This document shows, in pieces, positions 37,601 through 50,895 of a stretch of DNA of 64,000 bases (the stretch's first letter is position 1; each line of letters opens with the position of its first letter). The translations under genes and the position numbers were made by a program. Below the pieces are notes generated by a model. That model searched no databases, had not been told where the DNA came from, and saw nothing but the letters and a program-made list of their open reading frames with translations. Source of the DNA: Balanoglossus misakiensis (Eukaryota; Animalia; Hemichordata). The DNA lies in contig CM082598.2 in assembly GCA_040954595.2 (NCBI GenBank), forward strand, positions 2,356,001 to 2,420,000, read 5' to 3'.

Positions 37601-40600
37601 CTACATTTCCTTCAGAGTAAGCCACTCAGCGATTGGAGTCCTGGGTTTTGCCAACATCTCATTCCAGTGTTTCATTTCCTGCGGTCCGGACTTTGGCCCC
37701 AGGTTGATGCCACCAATCATATCGTTTCTCGCGAAGCGGTCCTTGTCAATGACGCTGATCACAAAACTCGTGTCCATCAGTTTATCCACCGTGATGTTGA
37801 AGATGAAAGATTCGTTGAAGACGGGATTTAGATTTCTGTATTTTGTCTGCGTCTTCTTCTTCTCGATTCTTTTGCCTTTGTACATCAGCCAGATTTTAAC
37901 ATATGGATCTGTGGAATGTACCAAGCATGATAGTAATAAGCCAAATATTCCTGGTTTTAATGGAAAGCGTAATACGTTTTTTTGAGTCTGCATGGAAGAA
38001 ATAACAGAAGTCTAGAGTTACCTGATTTGCCAGTTATGTCCATAGATTTCAGATTGCGGCATTTCATGATAACTATGGTGATTCTACCAGCTGTTGGGGC
38101 ATAGCACAGAGACACCAGTATTTCTCCTAAGGGATCCTGCAGGCGGAAAGTTACAGCTGGATAAGATGAGACAATCAACTGTGTGACACAAGAAGTCTGG
38201 TGTGATGGAGATCATGACTTGCTTCTGGAAATTGACCGAGAAATGTTAACAAATTACCAGTAGTGACAACACAGGAAAACACTGACCTTTGACCCCTTGC
38301 AAGGCACCAGATTCTTCCAGTATGTTGTGGGTGTGGTGAGGTCCATCTCAGCCAGTGGCAAGTTGACTTCTCCGATGGGATCATTCCGACTGAATCTGTC
38401 GTAGTCTAGTACTTGGAAGTGCAGGACGCGGTCGTGCAGTTTCTGATATGGAAATTCTGTTCAAAGAACAACACATGAACAAGTTCGATTCAGTTGAAAG
38501 ACATGGTCTACTGTTTTTGTTCTCCAGATATCTCACAAACTTGGGGATTAAACATTGCCCCTTTAACTTACTTTCAAAGAGGAATGTTTCATTCCAGATC
38601 GGATTCAGTTTCTTCCTCTTCACTTTGGTCTCCATTTTGTGTTTTTTATCTGGCAGTAGAAGGATTTTCACAAATGGATCACTGGTTCCACTGAAAGATA
38701 AAGATTTAGGAAAGTGGATAATCAGGCCCTGTATTAATATGTTTATACTTAATCATTTTAATCACATTTCGCTATTCAATGATTAATCATTACAGCCATG
38801 ATACTGTCCCTCGTACAGCAGACAGCCCTTCAAAAGATGACACCCTTCTCCTAATTGCCAAAATACATAGATAATTACACTATTGATGATTATTTGTATC
38901 GTATTACCTGAAATCCTTGGCTGGTAGGTTAACAGCTTTAAATATTTTAACGACGAGAGTTTGTTCTGTGAAATCGTAGAACACTTGATACTGGATTCGC
39001 CCAAGTCCTTGGTCGACGACTCCTGAATCAACTTCATCATAGGCTTCATCTTTCAGTGTCTGTGTGAGATATTCAGGGGGAAAAATCAGTGCATTTGTAC
39101 CAGAACCTGTTCAGAGCACAGCCAGCAGTAGTGGCAGGGAACCAGCTAGTGATAAGAACATTTGGCCACTGCGGGCGTACTTCCCCCAACATGTGCTGTC
39201 GTGTCAAATCACTATTAATAACTCTGGCCATTGACGCACACAGATTCATCATTGACATTAGATATATCACTGTGAACTCTCAATCATAATCAACAATTAT
39301 ATTTGTAAATCTCTTCAAAAGATGGACATCCTTTTTGCGCTACCAGGCAGCCAAGAAGTGCCACTGTGAAGAAAATAAATTTAACCCCATGATCCAGGTG
39401 CAAAGTTGCATGCGAAATAAAGCATCTTACCAAAGAAAAATCCACGGCTAGCGGGAATAAACAAAAAGATGAGATGAAATGGTGATGGAAAAATTAATGA
39501 GTCTGAGAAAACTCAGGAGAAATTATTACCCTTTCATAATGCAAAATAAAATATGTAACATGTTGAGTTTAATATGTGATGAGTTGTGAAAGATTTCTGG
39601 TTTATACTGTGACATGAAGATGTTAACATCAGAGGATGGATGGTCCCACTTCAGTGTTAAATAACAACAGTCAATAGATCCATCAATCAACCTTGAAGGG
39701 AACACCCAGGCCAAATACCGACCTAAAAATCTGATTTTTTGTTGACACAATCAAATTTCAATCACAGGAAACAAGCCATCCTCTCAAGTGGACATCAATC
39801 AATCAATGATGATGTGGTCATCACATCGCCACGGAGACAGCGGATGACACATACTTGACATCATCACATTGCCGTGGCAACACTTCATGGCACAGCTGCT
39901 GCTGTAGATATTAACTCTGACATGTAAATAATCATCATGGCTTGAGATGATACAAAGGCATACTGTGCATTACTTATATGTCATCAGCAAACCTTGTGCA
40001 CCAGGGACATGGTTCCTCATCACAAATATAATTATAATAAGATGATCTTACCAATCCCAGAGATTCTTTGAGCGACGCTAACGACAGCGTGTGGGACGTC
40101 GAAGCCTCTGAAGAACTGTCCATGTCGTCTGTATCTTGAGTTTGTTGCGGAATATTCTCCAAGGAAGTCGCTCTTCTTGTTGGACGTTCAAACCTGGACA
40201 CAGAGAGAAAAAGTATCATGTCTTTCATCCCTATTTCCTGATACATTGGTATGAGCTAAACTCCATGGAGACGTATACATCACACCAACAATTTGATTGC
40301 CATTAAAGGGACATTAGCTCTAGGTTTTATGCAGTATTTTTGTTCAGTGTATAGAGCAAATTTATACTTACTTGATAGTTTTTCTCATTAAAAGTGGTGA
40401 CTTCTTCGTTTGGCCGCCTGTCTGCGGATACACATGTAAATATTGTTTGGGGCTGGGATGTTCGTGTTCAATCGTTACGTGTCTCTTCTCTTGCGGTTTG
40501 ATATGCGTGTATTCAGTCTTGGGCAAGTTGAAATGCGGCGTATGACGTTTCATGAAGAGTCGCCGGAAACCATGCTTGACTCGGTGAACGCACCAACCGC

Positions 40601-42692
40601 AAAACGCTACGGACACAACCAGAGACAGAAGCAAGCCTACCGACGCTGCGATTGTTAGCGGGGAGTACGAACCTGCAATGAATGAAGGAATCAGTTACAA
40701 TAATGTTCAAGACAAAAGATGACTCAGTAATATAACTTGGCCTAATAAAGCATTAACATTGATCTGAGGAATTTCTCTTCTTTGTATGACATCAACAAAG
40801 CTATAAATTGTATTTATATATTATGTTTTAGGGACTTCATGTGAACATTATCATAAAGTCCAAAGTTTAATGTCAACTTTGAAAACATTAAGAGTGATAT
40901 CATGACCATGTTACAGGTACTAAGATCGTTTAGCTTGCTCTGAAAAATGTAAATTGTCGAGTAAAACTGCCCAGGGATAGGGCATGTGAGTAGATTTCAC
41001 TAGGTCTATTATTGTCTTTTTACAATCTGTGCACTTTCAAATCCCCCTCTCCGCGTAAATTGGTCCAGCCCTTAACCCAGAATAATCTTTGTACTGACAC
41101 ATAGTTGCTGAGTTGGCAGGTACCAGACATCCCCTGTTGACTTTATGAGTAACACTCAACTGTACAAACTACCACATACTCCACATGTTTATTCTACGTC
41201 ACTTGAATAATTTTTGGCCACAGACAGCAGATCTATTTCTTTCTGGCCCAGAGCCCGAATTCATCTCCCAAAAAGGCTGTCAGCAATGATAATGCTATTT
41301 TCACATTGTCACCCCTTGTTCCCCCTGTAGAGGTCCAAGTCACCACAGAAAACAATTGATTTGGGCCAAACCATGGCAGTGAAAGGTTATTTCAAAATCT
41401 GAAAGCCATTTTCTACAAAGATTCACCATTCCATCTAAACACACTGGTAAATTAGCATTTTTTAAATTAGAAAAGGTGTCGAGTTACAGATAGTATAAGT
41501 TTCATATCCCCAATTATATTTAATCTTCAGTTTTACCAGGGTAGCTACCAAAATAGAAATAAATATCCTGGCCAATTTGTGGAATAAATTACTTCTGAAG
41601 GTCACCATATGAATCATCACACGAACACTGACTTAATTAAATCATTCTTTTTGCAGGTAGTACAAATTTGCCGACTATTCAAAATAATGAGGGGGGGGGG
41701 GGGTCGTGTTATTTTATGACCTTTCATTATGACCTTTCTATCTCTGTTGAAATCTAGGACTTTTTCATGAACGCTAAAAATGAAATGTTGACTCAGGTCA
41801 CTTTCGAAATCCATCTTGTATGCCTTCCTTGGTAATTGACACCTGTTGCTGACAATGATTGTTTGAAAAAATACATTACTGGTATTTTATTTTAAACAGA
41901 ATGGGGGTTCAAGATTTGTTGTGGTTTTATTTTCCATTACATCACATTGCAAACTCTGCCAGTAAATTAAGGGTGGATTTTTGATCTTTTAATTCAATAA
42001 TGCCTCACCACTCAACCGAATTTCATGTCTTGGATAATAAACACACGCTCAGGAATGACAACATGGATCAATGCCTTGGCTCCACATACTTGAGCTCAGT
42101 CGAATTGTATAATCAGTCACAGGTTTGTACGTCATTTGAAATCCAACAACCTGGGCACTCCGGAAGTGTCCAATAATGACTTTGGACTTATGTCAACAAG
42201 TGTTGTCAGTGTTGAAGACATTCCTGGCGATCAATGGCCCTGAGGTTTCGATCAAACGTATAAACAACCACACAAGTTCAGAAGTTTCACGTCAAATCAT
42301 TTAGAAGTGATCGCAGCAAAGTACACAATACCCTGCTGTACTTGGGCCAGGGGGTATTAAATTTGACTCCCAAAGAACGAAGTATATGGGCGACAATCAC
42401 AAGATCACCTTGACAAGTAAAAATCTCAGCGTCTCACTGTCACTGGTGTCAGGGGTGTACGTGACCCCTCGTACGATTGGCCCGACCTTTATACCGCAAG
42501 TGAAACAGAACGTTGAAATCGAACACTCCTGAAATTAACCACAACGGTGACATGTTTCACACGGTAGTGTACATGGGTACAGAATGTAAACGCAGACGTT
42601 ATGACAGTTTGATCTCAATCGCTCTACATGTTTGTATAACCCTCAAAGGACTTACTTTCTAGTCCGGTTCCCCGGTCCGCTACGGCCAACAT
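37601..42692 (-). CDS. SYT7: Synaptotagmin-7
   Basis: Exons ~42692-42656, 40672-40372 (TM helix plus CGWC), 40193-40052, 39059-38908, ~38690-38572, ~38456-38287, ~38137-38022, ~37908-37601. C2A LGRIQY...[46 protein letters not shown] matches the SYT7 signature; C2[22 protein letters not shown]. Confidence 0.93.
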
Positions 42693-43699
42693 TGTTAATT
42701 TCGGTTCAGAAGAAAATCACATGGTAATAAACGATGGGTTTCTCTTCATAGTGGCAATACATAGCAGGCGGACGTGACGTGGAGAACTCTTGTATGTGGC
42801 TTTCGTGACGACAAGGAAGCCAAAACAATCGCAGAAGTTTTACTGTGTGTACATTTCAATGAGCACCTTTGATGAAAGAGGTGCGGTCCAACTCGCGCCC
42901 TCTGGTGTCGAACGAGACAAATACGAATGTTCACGTTTAAGTTTGAACATGTATACGGTTTCACCGAAAATACAATTATCGCACAATTACCTTTAATGTT
43001 TTCATCTTCATTTTCCTGTTTAACCTCACAGAAGTCACTAAAGTATAGAATTATTTAATTATCCCCAAGGCTTATTAAATTTCAAACGATTTGTCCTTCA
43101 ACGCAGTAAATTGTTGGCCATGCATTAATTTTGATTACTTTCAAAACGGTAAATAAAATTAACATTTCGGTGAATTAAAGCACCTACATTCATTATAATG
43201 TTGAACTTCGGCAATTCCTTCATAACTGTACAATTACGAGACAGGGGTTCATGCATGTGATTTTGTTCCTATTAAAGCACGACTGTACTGATAGAAGTAA
43301 ATTATCAGTATTGTCAGTGACACATTAACCAGCTCAGTAATTGAATAAATAATGCAAAATAATGTTTGTCTCTCACCTCTTTGTATGATGATGACAACCG
43401 TGTCGTCCCAGATGATCTCTGATACACGTTGTGGTCTGATCGACGGAAGCAAGTATGGTCTGGTGTTTGTCTGTATGTTCACATGATCCCACGTACACAC
43501 ATCCACATAAGTGGTTGTTATTTAAAGGTCCACGTGTCACAAATCTAAAAAGAATTGCAATGCGTTGTGCCATATACCGTAGCTTCACGTCACATACTAG
43601 TAAATGAGACAGACACGTAATAAAAAATCAGCAAGTTCTACGAATGTCACACTTACTGTTGTTTGTCTTTTCATAGAGACATGCATGGCAACAAGGACA

Positions 43700-44151
43700 G
43701 CATCCTGTCCGGACTGGATTTTTAATTTTTCGACAATTTTCATGAGCTGTATTAAATCTATGACAAAATTTCATGAGCTATAACCCATGAAAAATGTCCA
43801 AAAATGACAAAATCACCAAAGTTCGCAAAGTTGCCAATTTTTAATTTTTAGACAATTTTCATGAGCTGTAACCCATGAAAAATGTCCAAAAATGACAAAA
43901 TGACCAAAGTTCGCAAAGTTGCCAATTTTTAATTTTTCGACAATTTTCGTGAGCTATAACCCATGAAAACATTTATGAGCTATACCACATGAAAAATGTC
44001 CAAAAGTGACAAAATCACCAAAGTTCGCAAAGTCGCCAATTTTTAATTTTTCGACAATTTTCATGAGCTGTAATTTATGACAAAATTTCATGAGCTATAA
44101 CCCTTGAAAAATGTCCAAAAATGACAAAATCACCAAAGTTCGCATCCTGTC
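43700..44151. repeat. Satellite-like tandem array (~4 units, ~90-120 bp) between 10-bp direct repeats
   Basis: Unit core ttttaatttttcgacaattttcatgagct..acccatgaaaaatgtccaaaaatgacaaaatcaccaaagttcgc; GCATCCTGTC at 43700-43709 and 44142-44151. Confidence 0.9.
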
Positions 44152-44666
44152 TCACCATTAATAGTAAAGTTTCAACTAACGGCAAAAATGTGAATGGCCG
44201 AAGCAAAATAACAGGACTGTAAAACCATCCTAAGCATGCAAAAATAACAGATGATTATGTTTTCTATGTAAACACAAGATGACAGTGTGTCAGCTGGCAG
44301 CATTTGTGGTTATGAAAGTGTTGTTTTGAAATATGCAAAATTGAATTTTATCTCATTGGCATAAAATGAATTACAACTTAATGGACAATGGACAATTAGC
44401 GAAGATTCTAAAATATGGAATACAACTTGAATTCGGTGACAGATGTTGTGATGCTCACAAACACTTGATCACTACATGCACTCATGTAAGTGTCACATCT
44501 GTTGTTACCCGGACAGGCTTCGAATCATGATATTTCCCATACATGCATGTGTTCTTAATTACGCCTAACATTTGGAAACACATATGAAAAGAGAAAAACA
44601 ACTTTTCTGCAAAGAAACTTGGAACTATGGCAAAGAATGTTTCAGTAGCCAATGAGTGGGAGGAAT

Positions 44667-44881
44667 TACTGAAAAACACTTTATTTTCGCGAGTTAAAAT
44701 TTTCGCGATATCGAGAGAGGCTACTGTTTCGCGAGTATTAATTTTCGCGTTCTCTTATTTCATTCGATGCATCGTTATCTTCAAAAACAATTTACGCGAC
44801 CTTTTTTTTTCACGCTATTTTGGCTCTCGCGTATTTGGCAAAAATTAATTGCTCGCGACGAAAATAAAGTGTTTTACAGTA
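44667..44881. mobile_element. MITE with long TIRs and TA ends
   Basis: tactgaaaaacactttattttcg... / ...cgaaaataaagtgttttacagta; internal TTCGCG repeats. Confidence 0.75.
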
Positions 44882-45557
44882 TGCTAAAGGTGCATTTGAT
44901 GATCTGTATTCCACCTCGAAACTGTCCAGATGAAACCATACACAGAACTGTAAAACCATCCTCAGAGTGCAAGAATTAGCAGTCTCTCAACCATGTAATA
45001 TATCACATTGCTTTCTATACCACACAAACACATTTTAACACACATATCAATTAACAAATTATCTGCCTATACCAGTTCACCAGATGATGCCGGAAATTTT
45101 GAAAAATAAGCAAAAATTAAGACAAATTATGCGTGTTTTGAAACAGCTTGATGATGACCCTATAAATGTTTAATTAATCTATTGTTTAAGATTAATTTAT
45201 GTACATGACCAGTAGTCTCAAAACACTATATAAAGGCTGAAGTAAATATACCAAGGCATGCAGAGAGCTTTTAGTTTTAGGAAGACATAAAACTGGGCAA
45301 CATATAGCAACTTGTGGACACGTAAGTAGTATCAATGTTTTTCACCCCTTTATTTTAAACTGTAGCTTTTAAATATGTCGTTTTCCCTCATTCACACCCT
45401 TTGATATCAAGAGTTAAGTAAACAATCGTCAAAATATGAAACATTCCCAATGTGTAGCCTGGACTGTGTTCTGGAATCTGAAAATGATAAAATGGCCTTG
45501 TATTGTACACTGACTTGGTTTTATTCTGTGTTTTTTTATGGACAGAAAGTGGACATA

Positions 45558-46877
45558 ATGAATATAGCTAGTGTCGTCGTCGCAATCAGCCTTGCACTGT
45601 CCTGTAACTTATTGTTCACAGGTAATTTTATATTGCATGTTTCTCATTTTCAATATCTGACGTTTTATGTTTGACTTCAGTAATACAATTATTAGTTTTT
45701 GTTAGAAACAATATTTGAGTTGTTACCTGTGCTTTATATGCCCAAACAGACCATTTTCTGAACATGTGACACATTGTGTTAAATGGCACAAAAGTTACAA
45801 GTTTGTTAAACTTGAGATCACAAGTTTGTTAAACTTGAGATCTGCACCTATCCATGTATGATATACAGGTATTTACTTGGCTACCATTCCCTAACTGCTA
45901 CGATAATAAACAATGTCTCGCAAGATCTCGCGAATAACGGAAAATAATCTATTATGCTCGTACATCCTGATATTAACAGTGTTCCCTTTCTTTCAATTCA
46001 TTCCTCCACTTCTACCAACCACTGCTATGATCTGTTATCGGCATTCTCGACAATTGCAGAGGCAAGCTCACCACCCAGAGGTAAGTCTTAAAAAATCTAC
46101 TATTCCAAGATTAATTTTGTCAACAGCTACCGGTTAATAAACACTCATCGGGCAAAAGGCCCATCTAAACTTAGCATGTAACTGGCTAAAAACAAACGGA
46201 ATTGTATGCAACCTGAGAGAAGTGAAAGGCAAAATATTTTTTTCAACAAAAAGATAAAATGAATTCGATTTTTTTCCACTTCTGACTTGTCCTTCACTAT
46301 GTATTTGTTAACTTCTTACATGATTTATAATGTCAATCTACAATTGTTGTTTCTTTCACACAAACCTGCAGTGAATGTGGCTTTGGGTAAACCTGTGAGT
46401 GGGGTTCGATTGAGGGGTAATGGCGCTCACACCTACCAACTCCTCACTGACGGCAATCCAGACACCTGTGCCGATTCTGGCAAAACAGTTGTTGCTCCAG
46501 GATTTCAGATTGATTTAGGAGAAGATTACGTTATCGAGGGAGTTAATCTTGTACATGCTCCACTACCATGTAAATCTATAAGTGGCAGATGGGGTTGTAA
46601 GTATACACTCTCGTACAAAATATCAAATTGGTTACAAATGGAATTTGCATTGTTTTTTTGGCCACTTGACAGGGAGATATCACAAGCTTGAGTGAATATG
46701 GTTATTTTCCTATGTATGTATGTATGTATGTATGTGTGTGTGTGTGTGTGTGTGTACGGTATGTATGTATGTATGTATGTATGTATGTATGTATGTACGG
46801 TATGTATGTATGTATGTATGTACGTACGTACGTATGTATGTGTGTATGTATGTATATGTACGTATGATTGTATGTAC

Positions 46878-46908
<31 letters not shown>

Positions 46909-49403
46909 TGTATGTATGTATGTATGTATGTATGTATGTATGTATGTATGTAGGGTGGAAACTATTCAAGGATCTTGGAATATTGCACTGATATTTTTCT
47001 CTGTTCAGGTTTCTACACCCACACCAGGGTAACTGTTGGCAGTAGTCCTGATGGCAGAGAAGCGTGCGCGGCAACTACAGAGGTAGGAGAGTATGAGGAT
47101 CATACAGCTCTAACTTGTTCCTCTGGTCCAATGACTGGAAGATACATTACACTGCAGAAGCTTAAATCCAACAAGAGAGCAATTTATCTTTGTGAACTGG
47201 AAGTGTTCGGAAGACGGGTGAGACCCGGTGAGTGATGAACTGGATGACTTTTTTTTTAATATGATGAAGGGGCAATTCTGTAATGACCACTCACTGTTCA
47301 GGAAGACCCTACCAATTAATTACATGCTGTATATAAATGACCTGGTCATGTGATATAAAAGGATAATCCATGTATGCATTGTTTGCAATGATGTACATTG
47401 TAGCAGTTAAACTACAGTGTAATACAAAGTAACAACCACATTGTTTGCAATGATGTACATTGTAGCAGTTAAACTACAGTGTAATACAAAGTAACAACCA
47501 CATTGTTTGCAATGATGTACATTGTAGCAGTTAAACTACAGTGTAATACAAAGTAACAACCACATTGTTTGCAAAGATGTACATTGTAGCAGTTACACTA
47601 CAGTGTAATACAAAGTATAAACAACCACATTGTTTGCAATGGTGTACCGGTACATTGTAGCAGTCACACTTTGTACCTACTTTGTCTTGCTCACAACTGT
47701 GTCATATGAGATACCTGCAGCAACTGGTAGATGGTGCAACTCCCCACTTCAATCTTTCAGATAAAATCAACTGCATTGCAGGGCCCTTATATTTGACATG
47801 TGATACTGGTATTTACAGCAGATTAATCATGTGTAATTATTTATTCCAATGCTTCCCCAAACAACCGAATGGAAACCATAATCTAATGTGACGGATTGCA
47901 GTAACCGAACCACCAACGCCCCCACCACCACCACCACCAACTACAGCACCACCACCACCGCCACCACCACCACCACCACCACCACCAACGACAGAGGCTC
48001 CAATAGGTACGATATATGAATTTTAATTCCCAGACAATATCACTGGATCACTGGCAAAAATTAAAAGATCCATGTGGCAGCACTGCAGAAGATTGTTAGC
48101 AGATATAAACAGACACACAAAGGAAACTGGTAAAGAGAAACTGACTGACTGACTGAACACTGGGAGATTAAGAGTAGCCCAGCTTTGTGATGAATGCATA
48201 TGGTAGTCATTTTATGTCTGATTATCAAGACAAACTCTGCTTTCTTTTTCTTCAGATGTGACCACCATACCAACAACTTTGGGTAAGTGCATATGATAGC
48301 CTCACCACATACAGGTTAATAAGTGAACAACGCTCCAAATGTTTGGTTAATTAAAATAGCAAATATGTGATTTGTTAAAATGCAGTAAAGTTGCATCCAA
48401 TGCTTATTAAAGAAAACAACAGGTTTTGATGAACTATTTCTTGGTTGTTAGTTTTTGAATCCATTAATCAAAAAGAGAAACAAAATGTATGCTTTCTATG
48501 TAACTACAATTTCTCTGCTTCCTTTTTTAGCTTGTGAGTTCCCACCCAATCTTGTGTCCGTCTCGACCCAATCAGTGAGTCAAAGCTCAACAAATGCGAA
48601 AGTCGGAGGAACAGCTGAGAAGGCTGTCGATGGAAACAAAAACTCTGATCTGAAGGTGGGAAAATCTTGCACCCAAACCAACAAGGAATTTCAGCCATGG
48701 TGGAGGATGGATTTGGGAAAACGTCATGCCATCTACAAACTTGTCATCACCAACAGAATGGATTGTTGCTGTAAGTAATTATCTTCATGTAAGCTGCCAG
48801 CTGTATAGAGTTGATTGGCCTTACTGGCTTAATGATCTGTCCTGTCACAGTATGCCATGCATCAATAACCAACTTCCTGAAAGCTGTTATCATTTGCAAG
48901 TATCAGCTGGCTAGCAAACACTGCCTGAAACATATATTACATTTTAAATGTGCCAATTCCCACCAATAATGTCCTCCATGCTACCCGTATGGCTTTGGAA
49001 GTCCAAAGAATATTGACGAAAAATATAATTTATGGTAAACAAAGATATGTGTCACATCATAAAGGCAATCTGTAGCAATTAAAAAAGCTGAAAGAAAGGT
49101 TGAATACACGAACATGCATAGACAACGCCTTATATCTTGAGATGTATAGTCATACATTACCTATACCGTCTTTTCGCAGCTTTCCGTATCAAGAACGCAG
49201 AAGTTCGCGTGGGTAACAGTCCTAACTACGAAGACAATCCAGTCTGCGGCAACATGGTCCTGGGCAAGAGATCCAGACAGGAGACGATCACCGTTGCATG
49301 TGGGTGTGAAGAGCCCATGATGGGAAGATATGTCAGCATCCAACTGATCGACAAGACCCAGATGTTGCACTTGTGTGAAGTTGAAGTCATGGCACTCCTG
49401 TAG
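45558..49403 (+). CDS. Secreted F-type (fucolectin-like) lectin: signal peptide, divergent FTLD, polyproline hinge, FTLD
   Basis: Exons 45558-45621 (signal MNIASVVVAISLALSCNLLFT), 46060-46080, 46372-46569, 47009-47227, 47902-48006 (poly-Pro/Thr), 48256-48282, 48531-48770, 49180-49403. FTLD motifs NVALGK, AVDGN, SCTQT..PWWRMDLG, NRMDCC.FR, GRYVSI, LCEVEV. TATA near 45226; non-coding exon ending ~45321. Confidence 0.9.
45749..45951. mobile_element. Dispersed MITE-like repeat (AGACCATTTT..GAGATCTCGCG..AAAAT) family
   Basis: Similar to the copies at 51691-51950 and 57414-57686. Confidence 0.45.
46711..46952. repeat. (TATG)n/(TG)n microsatellite in a lectin intron
   Basis: Directly visible; source of the MYVC/HTYI ORFs. 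Confidence 0.97.
47377..47664. repeat. 62-bp minisatellite, ~4.6 copies
   Basis: cattgtttgcaatgatgtacattgtagcagttaaactacagtgtaatacaaagtaacaacca at 47377, 47439, 47501, ~47562 and ~47628. Confidence 0.95.
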
Positions 49404-50895
49404 AAAGGCAAATTTGTCATTCACTGAAGCACAGGCAATGAGTGTTATTATATGATATCAAAAAACATTCAGTGATTTTTTTTCTCTTTTCTTGATTGAG
49501 CCTTATTGTTAGTTATCAACTTCACCACAAGTAAAAAAAGCACAAGATACAACGACGGTACTCTGCCTTGGTTCTGGCAAAATATTTGAAATTATATTGT
49601 TGGCTTGTGTTGTGTCCTTATTTGTTCCACAATAGTCAATTCTTTGACCAACTTGTTTTAAAGTTCAAAGTCACTAATAATGTAAGGTTCTACAGAGAAT
49701 TGAAACTTAATTGTTGTCTGATCAAATAAAGTCTGAATGTCCTCAAGAAGTTAAGGTGTGTTAGTTTTCATTGGGAAAGGTTTGAGATCTTGGAATAATA
49801 TCAGGAACAGCTATGTACCTACCTTGCGCTCAACTGCCCATGTTAATAAAGCCCCATGCAGGAATAATATTACTGGTACATAGCAGTTAGTACTTATCCT
49901 GAAAATAAAGGAAGGGTACTTGAAATATTGCTAACTGCCTTTAGTTCTGACTCAAAGTACCATTACCAAACATCTTTGTGAAAATTCCTTGTGATGTCTT
50001 ATGTTTTTTGTAAACCATTGCCACCTCTCAGATTATTTGCTTCCCCCCTCCCCCTGAAACTTAAGGTTCATCAGTCGTCGCGCCTTGTGCGTCGTGGTGT
50101 CCCCCTTGGGTGAGAATATGTCCCAGAATGCCTCACTGATCTCTACAAAGTAATCATGGCGGCTATGGATGATAGTTCATAGAGTTTCACCGACAGTACA
50201 ATATTTCATCTTTAATGGTGACAGTCGTGTTTTGTGCAAGAAGGGATGGCGTCAGAAGGTCTGACAAGAGACCAAAGGACTGACGCGAGACATTATATTT
50301 CGATAGAGATAGTGCTAGAGAGCATTAGAGTATGAGCATTATATTGTCAGTAGAACTGTTTGGATCCCCGCCCGTCGAAGACTCAGTGCGCAAGTGCGGC
50401 GCGACGACTGATGCACTTTCACAGAAATCTAGCTTTGTTCTTTCACATGTTGCTACCCAACAAATTATCCACAGCAGATAATAACGCGAAATTGAATTTT
50501 GAAATATCTATCTTTCTCGAGAATGTTAATGAAAGAGGGTAGATAATGAATAAAAAAAAATCAATTTTACGTGTGACGATCTCAACCAAAGGAACATGAC
50601 AGACTGATTTTGGTATGGTGACTTGAAGGATCAATCTAAAGAAAGACATGTAGAGACTGTAGAGATGAATAGCATTTGAAAGCAGGAAGTAGAATTTTGG
50701 AAGAAGCAACAAAAATGACACATTTTTAGTATTTTTTCCATTCTTTACTCTTTAAGGCACAATTTCACAATTACAGATAACAGATCAAGTCATACCTATG
50801 TCTGTATATTGCATGCATTTTCACGTTTATTCCTGTTGAACCGAACTACATGCAACATTCACTGCAATTGCTCATGTGGACCAATTCCAAAGGCG

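Noticed and set aside
39060-39106. Upstream acceptor extending SYT7 exon 4 ([11 protein letters not shown]...)
   Set aside because: Requires phase 1 but the preceding exon ends in phase 0; the acceptor at 39059 has a better pyrimidine tract and the right phase.
46526-47074. 182-aa HTYI-repeat ORF and MYVC-repeat ORFs
   Set aside because: Translations of a (TATG)n microsatellite.
47377-47664. Regular repeats resembling a CRISPR array
   Set aside because: Units are contiguous with no unique spacers, there are no cas genes, and the array sits in a eukaryotic intron: a minisatellite.
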